Positions 57,755 through 64,000 of a stretch of 64,000 bases of DNA are shown here, piece by piece. The stretch comes from an uncultured Gammaproteobacteria bacterium. GTDB lineage: Bacteria; Patescibacteriota; Patescibacteriia; Magasanikbacterales; UBA922. A program made the position numbers and the translations under genes. The stretch's first letter is position 1; the number at the start of each line of letters is the position of its first letter. The notes beneath the pieces are model-generated. The model had not been told where the DNA came from, did not search any database, and saw nothing but the letters and a program-made list of their open reading frames with translations. The stretch lies in the NCBI GenBank assembly GCA_964597575.1, contig CAZQXB010000001.1, positions 466,111 to 530,110 of the forward strand. The letters are read 5' to 3'.

Positions 57755-58744
57755 GTGTCAACACACCACGAATGTATGCTCGACCTCTTGGCTATCGGTG
57801 ATATTTCTGAAGATACGTTTTTAGAATTACACGAGGGAACGGTGCAGTGCGATGTGAACCGCGAGCATTGCCAAATGCTTCTTCCCTATGGCAGTAAAAT
57901 CCCAGTGACTGGGGTGACTAAGGTGCTGGCTTCTGGTAACGCTGCGAACCATGCGGTCGCGGCAGCTCATTTGGGTTTGAAGGTGGCGATGGTGAGTACC
58001 GTTGGCGATGATAGTGTTGGAAAAAATACCATTCAGGCGCTCAAACAATACGGCGTAAAAACAAACGATGTTCGGGTTGAGCCGGGTACGATGACCAATG
58101 TTTCTACCATTATTCATTTTCAAGGGGAGCGAACTATTCTCGTGTATCATGCCCCCCGCTCCTACCGGTTTCCTCGTGCTCCGAAAGCCAAGTATGTCTT
58201 TTTTTCCTCGGTCGGGGGAAATCATGAGGCGTACACACAATCTCTTTTAGAATATATTGAAGAAAGTAGTGCGAAGCTTGTATTTAGCCCAGGCACGCAC
58301 CAGCTCCGGCTCGGGCTTCCTGCACTTACCCCGCTATTCAAAGTGGCGGCAATGAGTTTCATGAATAAAGAAGAAGCGGAAACATTAGTGGGAGAAAAAA
58401 AGGATATGAAAAGTCTTCTTCAGGCGCTCGTGAAATATTGCGGGGGAGTGCTTTGTATTACGGATGGCGAAAAGGGGTCGTACGCCGTTTTACAAAATGA
58501 CTATTGGTTTTGCCCGGTCTTTCCGGCCACGGCGCTTGAGCGTACTGGGTCTGGAGATGCCTTTGCTGCTGGGTTTGTGGCAGCAGTGTATTATGGGCGC
58601 GAGGTAAAAGAGGCCTTGCAGTGGGGAAGTGTTAACGCAGCTGGGGTGATTCGACATGTGGGTTCCCACGAAGGGCTCCTTACCAAAAAAGAAATTGAGA
58701 CGGTCTTAAAGAAGTATCCGGAATACAGCCCTCGGGTGCTGTAG
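57755..58744 (+). CDS. PfkB-family carbohydrate/ribokinase-like kinase
   Basis: GGNAANHAVAAAHLG and the TGSGDAFAAGF anion-hole motif. Alternative ATG start at 57776 (MLDLLAIGD); an extended -10 TGgTATAAT lies at 57734-57742. Confidence 0.8.
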   Translation: MSTHHECMLDLLAIGDISEDTFLELHEGTVQCDVNREHCQMLLPYGSKIPVTGVTKVLASGNAANHAVAAAHLGLKVAMVSTVGDDSVGKNTIQALKQYGVKTNDVRVEPGTMTNVSTIIHFQGERTILVYHAPRSYRFPRAPKAKYVFFSSVGGNHEAYTQSLLEYIEESSAKLVFSPGTHQLRLGLPALTPLFKVAAMSFMNKEEAETLVGEKKDMKSLLQALVKYCGGVLCITDGEKGSYAVLQNDYWFCPVFPATALERTGSGDAFAAGFVAAVYYGREVKEALQWGSVNAAGVIRHVGSHEGLLTKKEIETVLKKYPEYSPRVL

Positions 58745-58829
58745 GCCGAATAAATCGAAAAGCGGGGTTGCCTCAAAGAAAAGTCCCTGCTATACTCTTT
58801 TTACAAATTCACTATTTTATAACTGTTCT

Positions 58830-59597
58830 ATGAATGGACCAATGGATCAGGGAAAACAGGGTGCGGTTACTATTTCCCTCTCACCGTTTCAGGTGTTTGG
58901 CGGAGGTTTACTTGCTGGTCTTCTTGTACTTTGTACACTTGGTTTTTTTGTTACGCTTCCCATGGTTTTGAAAGGCGCTTCATTTGGTGGTAGCCCATCA
59001 GCCTACGTTCCAGGCCCTACCCCAAGTCCTTCATATGCGCCAGAAGCGGGTGCCCCTGCGGTTCTTGCGCCGGTTGACGAAAAAACAGATCATATTGTTG
59101 GCAACAAAAATGCGAAAGTAACGATTGTGGAATATTCAGATTTTGAATGTCCATTCTGTGGACGCTTCCACCCAACCATTAAGGAAGCTCTTGCGAAATA
59201 CGGCAAAGATATTCGCGTCGTCTATCGCCACTTTCCTTTGACCTCAATTCACCCTCAGGCACAACCTGCAGCTGAAGCATCAGAATGTGCAGCTGAACAA
59301 GGGAAGTTCTGGGAATTTGCAGATAAATTGTTTGCGAACCAGGGAGCTTTGAACGATGCATACTATAAATCAGCCGCTCGTGAACTTGGCTTGAACGGCA
59401 GCAAGTTCGACAGCTGTGTGTCTTCTCGGAAATACCAGGCTAAGGTAGAGGCTGATATTGCTTCAGGCAATGCCGCTGGTGTTCAGGGAACGCCACACTC
59501 CATTATTATCGGTGCAAATGGTCAGCAGTATCCAATTTCAGGAGCCCTTCCATTCGCGTCAGTTGAAGCAACGATTCAGCAAGCGTTGAACTCGTAA
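58830..59597 (+). CDS. DsbA-like thioredoxin-fold oxidoreductase with N-terminal TM
   Basis: CPFC active site and the VEYSDFECPFCGRFHP context; 255 aa. Confidence 0.85.
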   Translation: MNGPMDQGKQGAVTISLSPFQVFGGGLLAGLLVLCTLGFFVTLPMVLKGASFGGSPSAYVPGPTPSPSYAPEAGAPAVLAPVDEKTDHIVGNKNAKVTIVEYSDFECPFCGRFHPTIKEALAKYGKDIRVVYRHFPLTSIHPQAQPAAEASECAAEQGKFWEFADKLFANQGALNDAYYKSAARELGLNGSKFDSCVSSRKYQAKVEADIASGNAAGVQGTPHSIIIGANGQQYPISGALPFASVEATIQQALNS

Positions 59598-59617
59598 AAG
59601 AAAAGAGCCCGTTTTTC

Positions 59618-59650
59618 CGAAAAACCCCCTTCAGTGGGGGTTTTTCTTTT
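59618..59650 (+). terminator. rho-independent terminator
   Basis: aaaaccccc-ttcagt-gggggttttt. Confidence 0.65.
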
Positions 59651-59671
59651 CCAGAATCCCATGGTATACTT

Positions 59672-61786
59672 TTGTCTGTAGAAACCGTATCCTGTATGCC
59701 AGTTCCACAACTTCAAGCGAAAGGAGCCGAAATAAAACCACCGCCAGATATTTGTTTATTTGCTCAAACCGAATTTCGTAGTCAAATTCGGCGTTTTGGT
59801 ATTAAAACAGACGACCGCCGCCGCCACATGTACGTGATCGGAAAAACTGGTATGGGCAAGACCACCATCATGGAAAACATGGTGTTAAATGATATTTATG
59901 CGGGCCACGGGCTCGGGTTGGTTGATCCGCACGGGGATTTTGCAGAAAAAATTATCAACTTTGTACCAGCGAATCGTATTAACGATGTCGTGTATATTAA
60001 TCCGTCAGATACGGAATTTCCGATCGGCTTTAACATTTTGGAAGTAAAAAATGAAGAACAGAAGCACTTGATCTCGGCCGGTCTCATGGGAATTTTCAAA
60101 AAGATCTGGCCTGATGTGTGGAGTTCACGCATGGAGTATATTTTAAATAACACTCTTTTGGCGCTGCTCGATACGCCAGGAACAACGCTTCTTGGTATTA
60201 ATCGTATGCTTTCTGATAAAGCATACCGCCGTAAAATTGTTCGCCAAATTACTGATCCCGTGGTGAAGGCGTTTTGGGAAATTGAATTTGCAAACTACGA
60301 AGATCGGTATGCGAAAGAAGCCGTTGCCCCAATTCAAAATAAAATTGGTCAGTTTTTGTCGGCCTCAGTCATCCGAAACATGGTGGCTCAGGTCAAATCA
60401 ACCATTAATATTCGGGAGCTCATGGACACACAAAAAATTGTGATCATGAACTTGTCGAAGGGGCGTATCGGGGAAGACAACAGCCGTTTGCTTGGGGCCA
60501 TGCTTATTACCAAAATTCAACTGGCGGCCATGGAGCGCGTAGACACGCCAGAAGCCGAACGTAAAGACTTCTTTTTATTTGTTGACGAGTTTCAAAACTT
60601 TGCGACACCGAGTTTTGCGAACATTTTATCTGAAGCGCGTAAGTATCGTTTAAGTTTGATCATGGCGCACCAATATGTGATGCAGCTTGATGAGGTGGTG
60701 GCCGATGCCGTCTTCGGAAACGTAGGCACGATCGTTACCTTCCGTGTGGGGGGTTCTGATGCCGAGGTGTTAGTAAAAGAATTCACACCTACGTTTACCG
60801 AGGAAGATATTGTGAACTTACCGAAGTTTCATGTGCTCATGAAACTCATGATCGATGGGGTGGCCTCGCATCCGTTTAGTGCAGCCACACTTGGACCGTT
60901 GGCGGCTGCTACCGGAAGTGCAGAAAAAGTGATCCGTGTTTCTCGTGAACGGTATGGTCGGCTGAAAGCCGAAATTGAAGAAAAAATTGCGCGTTGGAGC
61001 GGTATGGAGCCATCGGATAGTGAAGATGGCGAAGATATGGAAGATGGGCCCGCACCAAGAAAATCGTTGTATGGGAAGCAAATGGCTCGGCCAGGTGCCT
61101 CCCAGGGCGGTGGTGGGGGAGAACGCAGAGGTAGTCCGCCGTCACGAGGTGGTTCTTCGCCACAACGAAGTGGTGGTCAACAAAGTAATGGTGATCGTCC
61201 GCCAAGAACAGCTTCTCTGTCTGCACTTCCGCCACGCCCTGAAAGAACCGATCGGCCAGCGGCTCCAATGCCACCAAAACCTATGGCTTCTGCTCTTCCG
61301 ACCCCTATGCCTGCGGCGGCACCTGCGCCTGTAGGCGGAGCTACACCAAGTGCATCAACAGGAAGCCCGGTAGCCCCAGCACCTGCATTTACGTCAACGT
61401 ACCAACCTTCTACCGCCTCACCATCTGTTCCACAATCTTTACCACCAAGAGGCAACGGCGCTCCTTCAGCTTCGTTTAATACTGTCGGTCCTGACGGAGA
61501 AATAATGACGAAGAGTAAGAAAAAAAGAAACCGTCGTCGACGGAGCCAGGAAAATAGAGAACTAAGGGGTGGGGGAGATGCACCAGCGCGAACTCCGACC
61601 ATGCGCCCGGTTATTGTGGCCCCAGAACCCGGTGATATGCCAGTATTGCCCCCAGCTACGCCAGTCACACCCATGCCTCCGGCCGCACCAAAACCTGCAG
61701 TACCTACTCCGCCTCCAGTAGAGCATATACCGACCCCTCCACCGGTCGTAATTGCCCCTAATGAGGTGATCCGGTTCGACCCATAA
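59672..61786 (+). CDS. TraG/VirD4/TraD-family (type IV coupling protein-like) P-loop ATPase with a roughly 300-aa Pro/Ala/Gly-rich disordered C-terminal tail
   Basis: Walker A GKTGMGKTT, Walker B FLFVDEFQNF, IMAHQ motif; low-complexity tail from about residue 400. Confidence 0.6.
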   Translation: MSVETVSCMPVPQLQAKGAEIKPPPDICLFAQTEFRSQIRRFGIKTDDRRRHMYVIGKTGMGKTTIMENMVLNDIYAGHGLGLVDPHGDFAEKIINFVPANRINDVVYINPSDTEFPIGFNILEVKNEEQKHLISAGLMGIFKKIWPDVWSSRMEYILNNTLLALLDTPGTTLLGINRMLSDKAYRRKIVRQITDPVVKAFWEIEFANYEDRYAKEAVAPIQNKIGQFLSASVIRNMVAQVKSTINIRELMDTQKIVIMNLSKGRIGEDNSRLLGAMLITKIQLAAMERVDTPEAERKDFFLFVDEFQNFATPSFANILSEARKYRLSLIMAHQYVMQLDEVVADAVFGNVGTIVTFRVGGSDAEVLVKEFTPTFTEEDIVNLPKFHVLMKLMIDGVASHPFSAATLGPLAAATGSAEKVIRVSRERYGRLKAEIEEKIARWSGMEPSDSEDGEDMEDGPAPRKSLYGKQMARPGASQGGGGGERRGSPPSRGGSSPQRSGGQQSNGDRPPRTASLSALPPRPERTDRPAAPMPPKPMASALPTPMPAAAPAPVGGATPSASTGSPVAPAPAFTSTYQPSTASPSVPQSLPPRGNGAPSASFNTVGPDGEIMTKSKKKRNRRRRSQENRELRGGGDAPARTPTMRPVIVAPEPGDMPVLPPATPVTPMPPAAPKPAVPTPPPVEHIPTPPPVVIAPNEVIRFDP

Positions 61787-61808
61787 CAGTTGTGCACACT
61801 TCTTCGCG

Positions 61809-61836
61809 TTGCCTTTTTCCTGCGGTCTGCTATACT
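61809..61836 (+). promoter_or_regulatory. sigma70-type promoter TTGCCT-N16-TATACT for the lipase gene
   Basis: Followed by RBS aaggagggg and the ATG at 61867. Confidence 0.45.
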
Positions 61837-61866
61837 AAATTTGGCATGTGAATTGAAGGAGGGGTT

Positions 61867-64000
61867 ATGTTCCAGTGCAAGCAAAACTACGCAAAAAGCA
61901 TCCAATTTGGGATGCTTTTTGTTGTTTTGTTTTTATTTGGGCTCTTCCTTTTTCCAAAAATTGCTTTTGCATCAACTTCCATTCTTACACCTTTTGTTAT
62001 TGATCAGCCTACCAACTGGACTGCTGCCGAAAGCCCGTATATTGTTTCAGGTTCTGGATTTGTCGACGTTCAATCTGATTTTGTTATCGAACCTGGGACC
62101 GTTGTTTCCTTTGAGGAGAGCCAAGGTGTGTATGTGGGAGGAGGGTCTCTTACCGCTATCGGCACTCCAGAGCTTCCGATTATTTTTACCTCTGTAGATG
62201 ACACATCTCCCGTTACAAGTGCGGCTGCTTGTAATGCTGGGGCGTGGGGTGGTTTCTTGTTTTCACCCAGTGCCGGAACTTCAATCATAAGCCATGCTGA
62301 ATTTCGTTGTGGCGGTACTTTTACGTTGGATCTTGGTCATTATGAGATTGATCCTAATCCGATTGATTTCGAAACGTTTTCTGTTATTTGGGTTCCCGAA
62401 CTTGTTACTGCCGAAGCTTTTATTGATGTTCAAGGTGGTGAACTAACTGTTGACCATAGTGTTTTTTCTCAAGTGGATTCCATGGCTGTACATGCTGGAT
62501 TGGGTATTACGACTGATGCTCGACATAATTGGTGGGGAAGTAACACTGGGCCAACCACTGTATCGAATCCCGGCGGTACCGGTGCATCTGTCTCTGGGAG
62601 TGTTCTGTATGATCCGTGGATCGGTCAGTCGGATGTCGTTACTTCGACCCCTACGACTTCTGAAAGAAATCCGGTTATCTTCGTTCCTGGGATTATGGGG
62701 ACTGAGTTTGTGCGACGAGAGGTGAATGGAGATGAGGAGGTGGTATGGCTCAACTTGGGAGAACTTGTACGTAGTCGAAATGATGACGTTATGGATTATT
62801 TAGGTTTGGATGAGTTCGGTGTGCCGCTTTTTTCAAATGTTTTTATTAGCGGAGTTTTGAGGAGGAGGGACCTGCTGGGTATCCCAGGTATTAATTATAC
62901 TGCGGATTTTATCGCATCTCTACAGGAAGAAAATTACAGCTTGGATCATGATTTATTTCTTTTTGCTTATGACTGGAGGCAAGATATTTCTTCGAGTAGT
63001 ATCCAGTTGTCTGATTACATTCAGCTAATTCGTCAAAGAACAGGGTCTGGGGGTGTGAATATTGTGGCTCATAGCATGGGCGGTCTTGTGGTCAAAGAAT
63101 ACATTCGTAATCATGAGGCTAATCATGGGATAGATAAACTCATCTTCCTTGGTACTCCCCATCTAGGTTCGGTCAATGCCATAAAAACTTTAATTTTTGG
63201 AGACGATTTAGGTGTGAGGGTGGATAAGCAGGTTGGCATCGGACCATTTACAAAAATTGTATCTGCCTCTTTTCTTAATGTACAAAAAATTAAACAATTA
63301 GCCACTAACATGCCTTCTCTTTACCATTTACTCCCAAGCAGAGACTATTTTCAAAGATTTGGTGAGGTGCTTTATGATTTTTCCAAAAGAAAATTACTCT
63401 CTTTTAATGAAACTATAGACTTTTTCCAAACTCAATTTCTTAACGAAGAAATGGTGGAGAAGGCCGATCAATTTCATTTGAATATCGACAACCTGCTCAT
63501 TCCTTCAGATATTTCTGTATACAACATTAACGGGTGCGGTCTCCCTACCGTTACGGGAATTGGCCTTCTCTCTAAAAAATTTAACGAAGATGAGTTTACC
63601 GTAAAAATTGGTAATGGAGACGGTACCGTCCCTCTGAATAGCTCTCGTGCAGTTTCCTCCAATGGTGTGGTTCAGGTTAACATTCCAGGTTTAGTTCACG
63701 GAACCATGCCGAGTAACTCAAAAGTCATTCATTTTGTTACTACCACTTTCGCTGACGTATCTGTTCCTCAACAGCCGCCAATTGCGAATCTGGTCGCATG
63801 TGGTATCAATGGCAAACTCCTCTCCGTCCACAGCCCCGTCACCATCAATGTCACCGACTCTCTTGGTCAACACGTAGGAGTTGATCTTAACGGAGATATA
63901 GAACTCGGTATTCCAGGTTCACTCTACGAAGAATTAGGGGAAAACAAGTTTATCTTTATCCCAGAGCCAGAAGAGCCAACCTCTACTACGTATACTCTCA
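61867..64000 (+). CDS. secreted alpha/beta-hydrolase lipase (LCAT/PGAP1-like; GxSxG = AHSMGG) with an N-terminal beta-rich domain; 3'-partial (runs off the window)
   Basis: Hand translation of frame 1 from the ATG at 61867 shows no stop to position 64000 (more than 710 aa). Signal peptide MLFVVLFLFGLFLFPKIAFA; NPVIFVPGIMGTEF...NIVAHSMGGLVVKEYI. Not in the supplied ORF track because it lacks a stop in the window. Confidence 0.7.
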   Translation, partial: MFQCKQNYAKSIQFGMLFVVLFLFGLFLFPKIAFASTSILTPFVIDQPTNWTAAESPYIVSGSGFVDVQSDFVIEPGTVVSFEESQGVYVGGGSLTAIGTPELPIIFTSVDDTSPVTSAAACNAGAWGGFLFSPSAGTSIISHAEFRCGGTFTLDLGHYEIDPNPIDFETFSVIWVPELVTAEAFIDVQGGELTVDHSVFSQVDSMAVHAGLGITTDARHNWWGSNTGPTTVSNPGGTGASVSGSVLYDPWIGQSDVVTSTPTTSERNPVIFVPGIMGTEFVRREVNGDEEVVWLNLGELVRSRNDDVMDYLGLDEFGVPLFSNVFISGVLRRRDLLGIPGINYTADFIASLQEENYSLDHDLFLFAYDWRQDISSSSIQLSDYIQLIRQRTGSGGVNIVAHSMGGLVVKEYIRNHEANHGIDKLIFLGTPHLGSVNAIKTLIFGDDLGVRVDKQVGIGPFTKIVSASFLNVQKIKQLATNMPSLYHLLPSRDYFQRFGEVLYDFSKRKLLSFNETIDFFQTQFLNEEMVEKADQFHLNIDNLLIPSDISVYNINGCGLPTVTGIGLLSKKFNEDEFTVKIGNGDGTVPLNSSRAVSSNGVVQVNIPGLVHGTMPSNSKVIHFVTTTFADVSVPQQPPIANLVACGINGKLLSVHSPVTINVTDSLGQHVGVDLNGDIELGIPGSLYEELGENKFIFIPEPEEPTSTTYTL

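Noticed and set aside
61790-62197. Track ORF 61790..62197 (135 aa, frame 2) as the gene downstream of the TraG-like gene
   Set aside because: It has a hydrophobic low-complexity translation and no RBS. The real gene is in frame 1 from 61867 and continues to the window end.
1-64000. Search for tRNA, rRNA, tmRNA, RNase P or riboswitch elements in the larger intergenic regions (4365-4450, 9113-9384, 13732-13908, 15598-15709, 18803-18924, 40872-41014, 48115-48617, 50472-50792)
   Set aside because: No cloverleaf-compatible segments with GTTCRANYC T-loop motifs, and no recognisable conserved ncRNA cores, were seen by eye. These regions are explained by promoters, terminators and the repeats described above. 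A covariance-model scan would be needed to be definitive.

Overview
This window reads as a 64-kb stretch of a compact bacterial chromosome. Genes are dense, mostly short, often start/stop-overlapped (ATGA junctions), with AGGAGG-type ribosome-binding sites and many near-perfect TTGACA-N17-TATACT promoters. Gene content and organisation suggest a small-genome bacterium such as a Patescibacteria/CPR member; that is inference, not shown. Backbone GC is roughly 44-48%.

Recognisable housekeeping genes:
- uvrA directly followed by a short uvrC;
- mraZ-rsmH-ftsL;
- rplU, recR, ybaB, dnaB, dnaG, rpoD, rnc;
- an Fe/Mn superoxide dismutase next to a 2-Cys peroxiredoxin.

A cell-surface glycan cluster lies at about 22.6-36.1 kb: GT4, two divergent large polytopic membrane proteins, HIT, cupin, rfbB, four tandem GT2 genes, and an rmlA-like gene.

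Several GC-rich islands (55-62% GC) are embedded in the backbone:
- a 4.6-9.1 kb segment carrying three full and one partial copy of a 144-bp MITE-like element with 13-bp terminal inverted repeats, gene fragments and a methyltransferase;
- a formylglycine-generating-enzyme (FGE)-sulfatase-like lipoprotein gene;
- a 41-52 kb mosaic with two paralogous lipoproteins, a DEAH-box helicase, a second sigma-70-family factor carrying an AT-hook, and small hypothetical genes.
Three of these genes sit behind a shared ACCTTGACAAA(A)GGTG...TATACT promoter module.

Other notable genes:
- a 909-aa membrane-anchored Clp-like AAA+ protein with an N-terminal DnaJ-type CxxCxGxG zinc-finger pair and a degenerate first ATPase domain;
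- an about 1130-1196-aa ResIII/SF2 helicase fused to eleven tandem 57-aa Trp-rich repeats;
- a TraG/VirD4-like ATPase with a roughly 300-aa Pro/Ala-rich tail;
- a secreted alpha/beta-hydrolase lipase ORF of more than 710 aa that runs off the window end and is missing from the supplied ORF track.

No rRNA, tRNA or CRISPR array was recognised.
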